Source: an uncultured bacterium
Lineage (GTDB): Bacteria > Desulfobacterota_D > UBA1144
Length of the DNA: 64,000 nucleotides
Reading direction: 5' to 3'
Assembly (NCBI GenBank): GCA_913050325.1
Contig: CAJWZP010000002.1
Coordinates: 66,180-130,179 of the forward strand
Shown: positions 31,112-41,063 of the stretch, one piece after another
Position numbering within the stretch: position 1 is the first letter of the stretch
Layout of the letters: the number at the start of each line of letters is the position of its first letter
Notes under the pieces: generated by a model
Seen by the model: only the letters and a program-made list of their open reading frames with translations
The model's database searches: none
Told to the model about the DNA's origin: nothing
Program-made: the position numbers and the translations under genes

Positions 31112-31276
31112 TTATTTTCTATAAATATATGACAGATTCACGATTGGTGCTAAAAACCAAACTGATGTTGAAGTCCATAGAATCCAACTTTTAGGCAAAC
31201 CATGACTAATAAAAAATCCAGCACACATTATTAATAACAATATATTCATTGAAATTGCTAATTTTTTTATGTTCAT
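31112..31276 (-). CDS. small hypothetical membrane protein (54 aa, two predicted TM helices); absent from the ORF track
   Basis: Hand translation of the minus strand gives MNIKKLAISMNILLLIMCAGFFISHGLPKSWILWTSTSVWFLAPIVNLSYIYRK*. A strong SD AAGGAGA (complement of 31284-31290) lies 7 nt upstream of the ATG at 31276. Stop TAA at 31112-31114. Confidence 0.45.
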   Translation of the reverse strand: MNIKKLAISMNILLLIMCAGFFISHGLPKSWILWTSTSVWFLAPIVNLSYIYRK

Positions 31277-31376
31277 TGTTGTTCTCCTTATTAAATACTA
31301 TTTACTAAATAATTTTATTTCTTAATATGTAAATATAGCTAATTTACAGTGAAATATATTCTTATGGAATAAAGTA

Positions 31377-31404
31377 TTGTCATTTTAACTATTTAGGGTA
31401 AATT
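31377..31404 (+). promoter_or_regulatory. candidate sigma70-type promoter for the proteorhodopsin gene
   Basis: -35 TTGTCA at 31377-31382, a 16-nt spacer, and -10 TAAATT at 31399-31404, about 30 nt before the ATG. SD AGGGAGG at 31421-31427. Confidence 0.3.
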
Positions 31405-31435
31405 CATCTTTAACTTAATTAGGGAGGTCTTTTAC

Positions 31436-32194
31436 ATGTCAAAGTATGTAAATTACTTTTTACTTTCCGCAATTATTGCTTGCATGCCGCTAGTATCATT
31501 CGCTGGAACAAATTTAGCCCCTAATGATCCTGTTGGAATTTCTTTCTGGATTATTTCAGTCGCAATGGTAGCCGCTACTGCTTTCTTCTTCCTAGAGTCT
31601 CTAAGAGTTCAAGGTAAGTTTAGAACATCATTAGTAGTTGGTGGTCTTATTTGTTTGGTTGCAGGCGTACACTATTTCTATATGAGAGAAGTGTGGGCTT
31701 CTACAGGTTCATCTCCAACTGTATTCAGATACGTTGACTGGATTGTAACCGTTCCACTTCAAATGGTTGAATTCTATCTCATATTAGCTGCTGTTACAGC
31801 TGTATCACTTGGTGTCTTCTGGAGACTTCTAATCGGTACTGTTGTTATGGTTGTTGCAGGTTATTTAGGCGAAGCTGGCTTCATTGATACAACAATTGGT
31901 TTTGTTGTAGGAATGGGTGGTTGGGCTTATATCCTGTATGAGATCTTCTCAGGCGAAGCAAGTGCTAGTGCTTCTAAAGCTGCACCTGCTGTTCAATCCG
32001 CATTTAATACAATGAAATGGATTGTAACCATTGGCTGGGCTATCTATCCTTTAGGTTATTTCTTAGGATATATGACCGGTGGTGGTGCTGATGCAGATAC
32101 TCTAAATATAGTTTATAACGTTGCAGATTTTATAAATAAAATTGGTTTTTGTTTAGCAATATGGGCTGCTGCTACAACACAAGCTGATGCTTAA
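31436..32194 (+). CDS. proteorhodopsin (light-driven proton pump), blue-tuned variant
   Basis: 252 aa with a signal peptide plus 7 TM helices. Has the PR-specific His (GVHYFYMR), proton acceptor Asp and donor Glu in RYVDWIVTVPLQMVEFYLIL, and the Schiff-base Lys in ADFINKIGF. The spectral-tuning position is Gln (PLQMVEF). Confidence 0.93.
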   Translation: MSKYVNYFLLSAIIACMPLVSFAGTNLAPNDPVGISFWIISVAMVAATAFFFLESLRVQGKFRTSLVVGGLICLVAGVHYFYMREVWASTGSSPTVFRYVDWIVTVPLQMVEFYLILAAVTAVSLGVFWRLLIGTVVMVVAGYLGEAGFIDTTIGFVVGMGGWAYILYEIFSGEASASASKAAPAVQSAFNTMKWIVTIGWAIYPLGYFLGYMTGGGADADTLNIVYNVADFINKIGFCLAIWAAATTQADA

Positions 32195-32204
32195 AAAAAT
32201 TAAA

Positions 32205-32235
32205 GGGTTTGTATCAATGATATAAACCCTTTTTT
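32205..32235 (+). terminator. rho-independent terminator after the proteorhodopsin gene
   Basis: 11-bp stem GGGTTTGTATC / GATATAAACCC (one G-U pair) with loop AAT, followed by TTTTTT at 32230-32235. Confidence 0.7.
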
Positions 32236-32252
32236 ACCTTATAATTTTAAAA

Positions 32253-33740
32253 ATGAAAATTAATAAAACTTTAGTAGTAGGTGGAGGTTTTGGGGGTATT
32301 GCTGCAGCTTTAAGAATGAAAGCTTTGGGTCATGATGTAACAATCATTGATAGACTATCAAAGTTAGGTGGAAGAGCTCAGGTCATAGACAGGAATGGAT
32401 ATAAATATGATACAGGCCCAACAGTTATAACTGCACCTTTTTTATTTAAAGAATTATTTAATCTTTTTGATGAAAATATTGAAGATTATTTAGATTTTAA
32501 ACCTTTAGAACCATGGTATAGATTTTACTTTCATGATGGTTCAAGCTTCGATTATTCATCATCAATCAATAAAACAAAAGAGGAAATATCTAAATATTCC
32601 AAGAGCGATTCTGAGGGATATGATCGTCTATTAGAAGAATCTAAAAAAATATTTGAGATTGGATTTACAAAATTATCGGACCAGCCATTTTTATCCTTTT
32701 GGACAATGATTAAGCAAGTTCCATCACTATTAAAGTTAAAAAGTTATTTAAGCGTATATGATATCGTTTCAAAATATATTAAAAATTCAAAAATTAGATC
32801 TGCTTTTTCAATCCATCCTTTACTAGTAGGTGGTAATCCATATACAACAACATCAATTTACTCATTGATTCATTATTTAGAAAGAAAATGGGGAGTATTT
32901 TTTTGTATGGGAGGAACGGGAAAATTAGTTGAGGAACTAACAAATTTATTAAATAGAGTAGGTGTAAGAATTTGTTTGAATGAGGATATCAAATCAGTAG
33001 AACATAAAAATTCTATTGCTTACAAAGCAATAACATCGAATGGAAAAGAATATTTTTTTGATAATATAATTTTCAATGGCGATCCTCCCACTTTCTACTC
33101 TGAAATCCTAAAACCGAAAAAAAGAAATCTTATAAACCCGATATTACCTGATAGCCTAATGACTTATTCCATGGGTTTATTTGTTTTGTTTTTTGGTACA
33201 AATAATCAATATAAGGATATAGCTCATCATACTATTTGGTTATCGAAAAGATTTAAGGGTCTTTTAAATGATATTTTTAAAGAAAAAGACTTGCCAGATG
33301 ATTTTTCACTTTATCTTCATAGGCCAACTGCAACTGATTCAACTTTTGCGCCAGAAGGTTGTGATAGCTATTATGTTTTATGCCCTGTACCAAACTTAAG
33401 ATCAAGCATAAATTGGAAAGTAGAAGGAGATAATTTAAAAAATAATATTATTAATGAATTAGAAAGAACCATAATGCCAAATTTAAAATCAAACATTAAA
33501 GATTTATCTTATATGACTCCTATAGATTTTAAAAATGATTATAGATCAATGCATGGAGCAGGCTTTTCAATAGCACCTATATTTTATCAATCAGCCTGGT
33601 TTAGATATCATAATCAAGATTCTAAAATTAAAAATATTTATTTTTCTGCAGCTGGCGCTCACCCTGGAGCTGGTATTCCAGGTGTTTTATCATCTGCAAA
33701 AGTAGTAGAAAATATTATAAGTAGAAATAAAAATGCTTAA
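32253..33740 (+). CDS. crtI: phytoene desaturase
   Basis: 495 aa with an N-terminal FAD-binding site (VVGGGFGGIAAALRMKALGHDVTIID) and the CrtI-family C-terminus. Confidence 0.9.
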   Translation: MKINKTLVVGGGFGGIAAALRMKALGHDVTIIDRLSKLGGRAQVIDRNGYKYDTGPTVITAPFLFKELFNLFDENIEDYLDFKPLEPWYRFYFHDGSSFDYSSSINKTKEEISKYSKSDSEGYDRLLEESKKIFEIGFTKLSDQPFLSFWTMIKQVPSLLKLKSYLSVYDIVSKYIKNSKIRSAFSIHPLLVGGNPYTTTSIYSLIHYLERKWGVFFCMGGTGKLVEELTNLLNRVGVRICLNEDIKSVEHKNSIAYKAITSNGKEYFFDNIIFNGDPPTFYSEILKPKKRNLINPILPDSLMTYSMGLFVLFFGTNNQYKDIAHHTIWLSKRFKGLLNDIFKEKDLPDDFSLYLHRPTATDSTFAPEGCDSYYVLCPVPNLRSSINWKVEGDNLKNNIINELERTIMPNLKSNIKDLSYMTPIDFKNDYRSMHGAGFSIAPIFYQSAWFRYHNQDSKIKNIYFSAAGAHPGAGIPGVLSSAKVVENIISRNKNA

Positions 33741-34602
33741 TGAAAAAATTGAAAAATTTAAAAATAATGGAAAAAGTTTTTATTGGGCTAGTAGGATTTT
33801 AAATAGAAATAAAAACGATAAAATATATAATTTGTATTTTATTTTAAGAGAATTAGATGATATCGCTGATAATCAAAATAATGAAAATGAATTTTTTAAA
33901 AAACTTTATGATTTTTTTGATATGAGTAAAAATAATGAATTGCCTTACAGATTAGAAAAACATAAAGATTTTTTTCTATATATTAAGAATGATTCATTAA
34001 TGAATAAGAATTTTAAAGATTTTATCACTGGTTTAATATTTGATCAGAAGGATAATGTAATAATTGACTCCCAGGATGAATTGTTAAATTATTGTTATAG
34101 AGTTGCAGGAACAATAGGTGTCATGATGTGTCCAATTTTAAATGTAAAAAATGAGCATGCAACTATACCTGCTACTAATCTCGGTATAGCAATGCAATTG
34201 ACCAATATTGCTAGAGATGTCTATGAAGATGCATTAAGTAACAGAAGATATTTACCTTCATCTTGGACAAACGGCATTGAACCTAAATTAATAATTGGTA
34301 AGTCTGATTGTATTGAATCAGTTGCCTATTTGTCAGTTAAAGATGGAATAAAAAAAACAATAGAATTAGCAGAAAAATATTATGAAGATGCAAAAAAAGG
34401 ATATTCCTATTTACCACTTAGGTCTAGATTGTGTATCGCAGTTGCAGCAAATATTTATAGAGAGATTGGGAAAAAAATTAAAAAAGAAAATTATAATTGG
34501 TCATCTTATAGGCACTTTGTAAAAAATTATGAAAAGTTGTACATAACTCTTAAGTCTATAATTTCTGAATTTTATTTAATTTTTAAAGAGAAAATACAAT
34601 GA
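33733..34602 (+). CDS. crtB: phytoene synthase
   Basis: 289 aa, squalene/phytoene synthase family (YWASRIL...LRELDDIAD; Asp-rich motifs). Overlaps crtI by 8 nt. Confidence 0.88.
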   Translation: MLNEKIEKFKNNGKSFYWASRILNRNKNDKIYNLYFILRELDDIADNQNNENEFFKKLYDFFDMSKNNELPYRLEKHKDFFLYIKNDSLMNKNFKDFITGLIFDQKDNVIIDSQDELLNYCYRVAGTIGVMMCPILNVKNEHATIPATNLGIAMQLTNIARDVYEDALSNRRYLPSSWTNGIEPKLIIGKSDCIESVAYLSVKDGIKKTIELAEKYYEDAKKGYSYLPLRSRLCIAVAANIYREIGKKIKKENYNWSSYRHFVKNYEKLYITLKSIISEFYLIFKEKIQ

Positions 34603-35702
34603 GTTCAAGTAAAACAATTTCTATCATTGGGGGAGGTTGTGCAGGATATAGTCTTTTAAATAAATTAAAAAATGTAAGTAATATTGAAATTGATTTTTTC
34701 ATCGGAAAGAATCAAGGAATAAATAATTTCTGGGGATATTGGGAATATGATAAAGATATTCCAGATAATATTTTGAGTGGCAAATGGAATAAGTGGAAAA
34801 TTTCAACTCAAGATGGTGAAAAATTTTTTGAATCCTCTAGTCATCCATATTGTGTAACTACAAGACATAATTGGATTTCATATTGTAAGCAGAATACTAA
34901 TAAAAAAAATATAAGAATATTAAAAGAGGATATAATGGAAATTAATAATAAAATTTATAATAAAAATAATGATGAAATTATTTCTGATTTTATTTTTGAT
35001 TCTAGATATACAAATAAATCTAAAAATATTTTCTTACAGCATTTTAAAGGTTTTTTAATTAAAACTGAAACTGATTGTTTTGATGATGAAGTCTTAACTT
35101 TAATGGATTTCAGATGTGATCAATCTAAAGGTATGCAGTTTGTATATGTTTTACCATTTACAAAAAAAATTGCATTGATTGAGCCAACGATTTATTCGTA
35201 CAACATTGAAGACGAAATCTATTATAAAAAAACTTTAGAATCATATCTTTATGATATATATAAAATAAAAAAATATAATATTATTAAGACTGAAAAAGGA
35301 TCAATTCCATTGGAACACAATAATATTAAAAAAGGACCTTATTTTAATATTGGTATCAATGGTAATGTTAATCGAAAATCATCTGGATATACATTCACTT
35401 TTATTCAAAAACAATCAATTTTAATAAAAAATTTCTTCTTGAATATAAGTAATGATTTGTCATTAAAAGTGCAGTCAAATTTTTTTAATTTTTTAGATGA
35501 AATTTTTCTAGATGTTATTAAAAGAAAACCCAGCATTGGACCTTTAATTTTTTATTCTTTCGGAAAGTCTTTTAATGGTAATGAGATGTCAGATTTTATG
35601 AATAACAGAATTAATTTTATTCCTTTTATGAAAATGTTATTTAACTTACCATTTAAGGAATTTATTAAATCTTTCATCAGGTGTTTATTTAATTATGGAT
35701 AG
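34599..35702 (+). CDS. crtY: lycopene beta-cyclase (CrtY type)
   Basis: 367 aa with an N-terminal dinucleotide-binding site (SIIGGGCAGYSL) and CrtY-family architecture. Overlaps crtB by 4 nt. Confidence 0.8.
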   Translation: MSSSKTISIIGGGCAGYSLLNKLKNVSNIEIDFFIGKNQGINNFWGYWEYDKDIPDNILSGKWNKWKISTQDGEKFFESSSHPYCVTTRHNWISYCKQNTNKKNIRILKEDIMEINNKIYNKNNDEIISDFIFDSRYTNKSKNIFLQHFKGFLIKTETDCFDDEVLTLMDFRCDQSKGMQFVYVLPFTKKIALIEPTIYSYNIEDEIYYKKTLESYLYDIYKIKKYNIIKTEKGSIPLEHNNIKKGPYFNIGINGNVNRKSSGYTFTFIQKQSILIKNFFLNISNDLSLKVQSNFFNFLDEIFLDVIKRKPSIGPLIFYSFGKSFNGNEMSDFMNNRINFIPFMKMLFNLPFKEFIKSFIRCLFNYG

Positions 35703-36492
35703 CATCACATTATATTCTCTGATACTTATAATTCTAGTAGGCCTTCCACATGGAGCCCTTGATGGTGCAGTTAGTTTGTGTCTTGAAATAAATAATTCGT
35801 TAAGAAATATAATTATTTTTATAAGTGTTTATATCTTAATAGCTTTTATAGTAGTTATTTTATGGTTGAACTTTTCCGAACTGGCTTTGATATTTTTTCT
35901 AATAATTAGCATCATGCATTTTGGTATTGGTGATTTAGAATGGGAAAGTGGTTTTTCAAAATATATTTTGGGATTCTTTATTGGCGGGTTGGTAGTTGTT
36001 GGTACCTCTCTATTAAATAGAGATGATGTTAATAATATCTTCTTATACTTATCTGAACGTACAGACATGGTTTGGTATTTTATTGAATACTCTTCATATT
36101 TATGGATTCTATCGGTACCATATTTCATCAATAAAATTGATAAATTTTCTACTCAATTTTTAATAAAGATTTTTTTTATTTTTATATTTGTAGTTTTTTT
36201 ACCACCCTTATTAGCATTTTCTTTCTATTTTTGCTTTATACATACTATTAATCATTTTGGAAGAATAGTTCCTCAACTTAAAAACAAAATGACAAATAAG
36301 AAGATTTTTTATACTTTTTTACTTTTTACTCTATCTAGTTGGCTAATAGGATTTATTGTATATGAATTATTTAAGGATTCTTTTGATTTTGTTGAACTTA
36401 CGTATAAGATTCTTTTTATCGGATTGGCAGCTTTAACGGTACCACATATGATTTTAATTGATTTTTATTTTAGGCCCCTTAAGAAAGTATGA
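35695..36492 (+). CDS. blh: beta-carotene 15,15'-dioxygenase (Brp/Blh family), the retinal-forming enzyme
   Basis: 265 aa polytopic membrane protein with the Blh signature N-terminus (LILIILVGLPHGALDG) and conserved His residues. Immediately downstream of crtY with an 8-nt overlap. Confidence 0.82.
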   Translation: MDSITLYSLILIILVGLPHGALDGAVSLCLEINNSLRNIIIFISVYILIAFIVVILWLNFSELALIFFLIISIMHFGIGDLEWESGFSKYILGFFIGGLVVVGTSLLNRDDVNNIFLYLSERTDMVWYFIEYSSYLWILSVPYFINKIDKFSTQFLIKIFFIFIFVVFLPPLLAFSFYFCFIHTINHFGRIVPQLKNKMTNKKIFYTFLLFTLSSWLIGFIVYELFKDSFDFVELTYKILFIGLAALTVPHMILIDFYFRPLKKV

Positions 36493-36764
36493 TTATAAAA
36501 ATTTTGGAAATTAGTGAGACAAGCTATAATGTTATTGTAGAGTCAAGTTCAAAAACAGAACATAATGTATCATTGGAATCATCTTATTATAAAAAACTTA
36601 CATTAGAAAAAATATCTAAAAAAAAATTAATTGAATTAAGTTTTGAATTTCTTTTAGCAAGAGAATCAAATTCGTCGATTCTCAGTAAATTTGATCTCAG
36701 TTTAATTAGTAATTATTTCCCTGAGTTTGAAAATGAAATTATAATTAAAATAAAGGAGATTTAA
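36489..36764 (+). CDS. hypothetical small protein (91 aa), translationally coupled to blh
   Basis: Its ATG overlaps the blh stop (ATGA). MIIKILEISETSYNVIVESSSKTEHNVSLESSYYKKLTLEKISKKKLIELSFEFLLARESNSSILSKFDLSLISNYFPEFENEI.... No family recognised. Confidence 0.5.
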   Translation: MIIKILEISETSYNVIVESSSKTEHNVSLESSYYKKLTLEKISKKKLIELSFEFLLARESNSSILSKFDLSLISNYFPEFENEIIIKIKEI

Positions 36765-36765
36765 G

Positions 36766-38046
36766 TTGAGAGTTTTAGTAGTTGGATCAGGTGGACGTGA
36801 ACATGCAATTTGTTGGGGTATAGCTAAAAGTAATAAAGTAAAAAAAATATATTGTGCACCTGGAAATGCTGGTATTAGTGAATTTGCTGAAAATGTAGAA
36901 ATTCCTGCTGATAACATTAATAAACTTTTAGAATTTGCATTAAAAGAAAAAATAGATTTTACAATTGTTGGACCTGAACAACCTTTATCGCTTGGTATTG
37001 TCGATCTGTTCAGAGATAATAAGCTTTTGATTTTTGGTCCTAGTAAGTTTGCATCTCAATTAGAGTCTAGTAAAGAATTTTCGAAATTATTTATGGAACG
37101 AAATAATATTCCGACTGCATCTTTTAAATCTTTTACATCATATGATGAAGCAAAAGCATATTTAAATGAATCAAATTTACCAATTGTAATCAAAGCAGAT
37201 GGTTTAGCATCTGGAAAGGGTGTTAAGGTTTGTATGGAAATGGAGGAAGCAAATTCTTTTTTAAAAGAAATAATGTTAGACAAAATTTTTTCTAAATCTG
37301 GAGAAAAAGTTGTTATTGAAAGTTTTCTAGAAGGAGAGGAGGCATCTTTCTTTGTATTTTCAGATGGAGAAAAAATACTTTGTTTAGACTCTTCACAAGA
37401 TCATAAAAGATTACTTGATGATGATAAAGGACCTAACACGGGTGGTATGGGTGCATATTCTCCGGCACCAATCATAGATGAAGAAACTAAAGAAAAAATA
37501 TTAAATGAAATTATTAATCCAGTTTTTGAGGCATTTAAAAAAGAAAATTTTGAATATACTGGAATTCTATATGTTGGTTTAATGATTAATAATAAAAAGC
37601 CTAGTGTTGTAGAATTTAATTGTAGATTTGGCGATCCTGAAACTCAACCTTTACTTTTTAGGATTGAATCAGATATCTTTGATCTGTTCTACCAGACAGC
37701 CTTAAAACAAATTGATCAGTACCAATTGATTTGGAAAAGAAAAACAGCTATTTCAGTTGTTTTAGCCTCATTAGGATATCCTATGAATCCAGAAACTGGA
37801 GGAGAGATTAAAGAATTAGAATCTTTTAAAAATACTGATGATGAATTTGTATTTCATGCTGGTACTAAATTTTTAGATAATAAAGTTGTTATTTCAGGTG
37901 GAAGAGTTTTAAATATAACTGCATTAGGACACGATCTTGAAGATGCTATTAATAAAGTTTATGACTCTATAAATAAAGTAGAATTAAAAAACTTTCATTA
38001 CAGAAATGATATAGGTAAAAAGGGCCTTGTGAAAAAAACCAAATAG
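36766..38046 (+). CDS. purD: phosphoribosylamine--glycine ligase (TTG start)
   Basis: 426 aa; MRVLVVGSGGREHAICW is the PurD N-terminus, and it has an ATP-grasp domain. AAGGAG SD 8 nt upstream of the TTG. Confidence 0.92.
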   Translation: MRVLVVGSGGREHAICWGIAKSNKVKKIYCAPGNAGISEFAENVEIPADNINKLLEFALKEKIDFTIVGPEQPLSLGIVDLFRDNKLLIFGPSKFASQLESSKEFSKLFMERNNIPTASFKSFTSYDEAKAYLNESNLPIVIKADGLASGKGVKVCMEMEEANSFLKEIMLDKIFSKSGEKVVIESFLEGEEASFFVFSDGEKILCLDSSQDHKRLLDDDKGPNTGGMGAYSPAPIIDEETKEKILNEIINPVFEAFKKENFEYTGILYVGLMINNKKPSVVEFNCRFGDPETQPLLFRIESDIFDLFYQTALKQIDQYQLIWKRKTAISVVLASLGYPMNPETGGEIKELESFKNTDDEFVFHAGTKFLDNKVVISGGRVLNITALGHDLEDAINKVYDSINKVELKNFHYRNDIGKKGLVKKTK

Positions 38047-38047
38047 C

Positions 38048-38076
38048 TTGACATAGATTAAAAGTGTGGCATATTT
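38048..38076 (+). promoter_or_regulatory. candidate promoter of the str operon
   Basis: Perfect -35 TTGACA at 38048-38053, a 17-nt spacer, then ATATTT/TATTTC at 38071-38077. About 25 nt upstream of the rpsL SD GAGG. Confidence 0.45.
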
Positions 38077-38099
38077 CATGCATTAAATATGAGGTTATA

Positions 38100-38953
<854 letters not shown>

Positions 38954-38965
38954 GTATCAAAAATT

Positions 38966-41035
38966 ATGAAAGATTTAAATAAAGCTAGAAATATTGGTAT
39001 CGTAGCTCATATTGATGCTGGTAAAACAACTACGACTGAAAGGATTCTTTTTTATACTGGAAAAAGCTATAAAATTGGAGAAGTACATGATGGTGCTGCT
39101 ACCATGGATTGGATGGAACAAGAAAGAGAAAGAGGTATTACTATAACATCCGCCACTACAGCATGTAGTTGGGATAGCCATGATATAAATATTATTGATA
39201 CCCCTGGTCACGTAGATTTTACAATTGAAGTAGAAAGGTCATTAAAAGTTTTAGATGGTGCATGTGTGGTTTTTGATAGTGTGGGTGGAGTAGAACCACA
39301 ATCAGAGACTGTTTGGAGACAAGCAGACAGATATAAAGTACCCAGAATGTGTTTTGTAAATAAAATGGATAGAACAGGTGCTAATTTTCAAAGAACAGTA
39401 GATCAAATTAAAGATCGTTTAGGATCTAATCCAGTAAGATTGCATATTCCATATTTTAAAAATGATATTTTTGATGGAATAGTCGATCTGATTGAGATGA
39501 AGTTAGCGGTATGGGACGGCGAATCATTAGGTGCTAAATTTGAATTGGTCGAGATTCCCGATGACATTAAAGAAGACGCAATTTCTGCAAGAGATAATAT
39601 GTTAGAACTTCTGTCTGATAATGATGAATCTATCATGGAAGATTATTTAGAAGGAAAAGACATTGATAGAGATAGAATAATATCAGCTATTAGGAATCAA
39701 ACAATTGCACTTAATATTGTTCCAGTATTATGTGGGTCAGCTTTTAAAAATAAAGGAGTTCAATTATTACTTGATGCTGTAGTTAGATATTTACCCTCTC
39801 CCTTAGACATACCACCAATCTCTGGTGTTTCTCCGGATAATGAAGAAGAAGTGATGAACAGGAAGGCTGACGATAAGGAACCTTTGTCTGCTTTAGCTTT
39901 TAAAATTATGACAGATCCTTTTGTTGGAACCATTACATACATAAGAGTATATTCTGGTGTGCTTAATTCTGGTACATCAGTTTTTAATCCATTGAAAAAT
40001 TCATCTGAAAGAGTAGGAAGATTACTAAAAATGCATGCTGATAAAAGAGAAGAAATTACTGCTGTAGGCGCTGGTGACATTGCAGCTGCTGTAGGTTTAA
40101 AAGATACTTATACTGGAGAAACTTTATGTGATAAAGGAAATCCAATAATTTTAGAAAGTTTAAATTTTCCTGATCCTGTTATTTCGGTTGCTATTGAACC
40201 CGAGACTAAAGCTGACCAAGAAAAGCTAGGTATGGCTTTGAATAAGCTTTCAATTGAAGATCCTTCTTTTAAAGTTAAAGTTGATCATGAAACCAATCAA
40301 ACAATCATATCAGGAATGGGTGAGTTACATTTAGAAATAATTGTAGATAGGCTTAAAAGAGAATTTAATGTTGAGGCTAAAGTAGGTGCACCTCAGGTTG
40401 CATATAGAGAGACTATTAGAGGCTCAAGTGAAGCTGAACAAAAGTATATAAAACAAACTGGTGGTAAAGGTCAGTATGGACACGTAAAAATTAGAATAGA
40501 ACCAATGGATACTGGTGGTGGCTTTGAATTTGTAAATGAGATTAAAGGTGGAGCTATTCCTAGAGAATTTATACCAGCAGTTGAAAAAGGGATTCAAGAA
40601 GCAATGTTTAGCGGTGTAGTTGCAGGATATGAAGTTGTTGATGTGAAAGTTACGCTTTATGATGGATCATTTCATGATGTTGATTCATCTGAAATGGCTT
40701 TTAAGATTGCAGGGTCTTTAGCATTTAAAGACGCGGTAAAAAAAGCTGGTGCTGTTGTCCTTGAACCTATGATGAAAGTTGAAGTTGTGTGTCCTGAGGA
40801 TTTTATGGGAACAGTTATTGGTGATTTAAGTTCTAGAAGGGGAAAGGTTCAAGGTACTGAATTGCGTGGAGAATTACAAGGTGTCCAATGTGAAGTACCT
40901 TTGTCAGAAATGTTCGGTTATGCCACTGATGTGAGGTCCTTGACAGAAGGCCGTGCAACATTTACAATGGAGTTTTCAACTTATTCAGATGTTCCAGCTA
41001 ACATATATGAACAGTTGAAATTAAAAGAAGCATAA
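38966..41035 (+). CDS. fusA: elongation factor G
   Basis: 689 aa with G-domain motifs [21 protein letters not shown]. Confidence 0.96.
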   Translation: MKDLNKARNIGIVAHIDAGKTTTTERILFYTGKSYKIGEVHDGAATMDWMEQERERGITITSATTACSWDSHDINIIDTPGHVDFTIEVERSLKVLDGACVVFDSVGGVEPQSETVWRQADRYKVPRMCFVNKMDRTGANFQRTVDQIKDRLGSNPVRLHIPYFKNDIFDGIVDLIEMKLAVWDGESLGAKFELVEIPDDIKEDAISARDNMLELLSDNDESIMEDYLEGKDIDRDRIISAIRNQTIALNIVPVLCGSAFKNKGVQLLLDAVVRYLPSPLDIPPISGVSPDNEEEVMNRKADDKEPLSALAFKIMTDPFVGTITYIRVYSGVLNSGTSVFNPLKNSSERVGRLLKMHADKREEITAVGAGDIAAAVGLKDTYTGETLCDKGNPIILESLNFPDPVISVAIEPETKADQEKLGMALNKLSIEDPSFKVKVDHETNQTIISGMGELHLEIIVDRLKREFNVEAKVGAPQVAYRETIRGSSEAEQKYIKQTGGKGQYGHVKIRIEPMDTGGGFEFVNEIKGGAIPREFIPAVEKGIQEAMFSGVVAGYEVVDVKVTLYDGSFHDVDSSEMAFKIAGSLAFKDAVKKAGAVVLEPMMKVEVVCPEDFMGTVIGDLSSRRGKVQGTELRGELQGVQCEVPLSEMFGYATDVRSLTEGRATFTMEFSTYSDVPANIYEQLKLKEA

Positions 41036-41063
41036 TCATTGTTATTTAGGAGGGACATATAAA

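Noticed and set aside
35829-36131. 100-aa minus-strand ORF inside blh
   Set aside because: Antisense to the Blh membrane protein; a hydrophobic-codon mirror artefact.
38064-38099. Extended N-terminus ([12 protein letters not shown]) for rpsL and extended starts for rplD (43286) and hisIE (26651)
   Set aside because: The conserved protein N-termini begin at downstream ATGs preceded by better SDs; the extensions are non-conserved.
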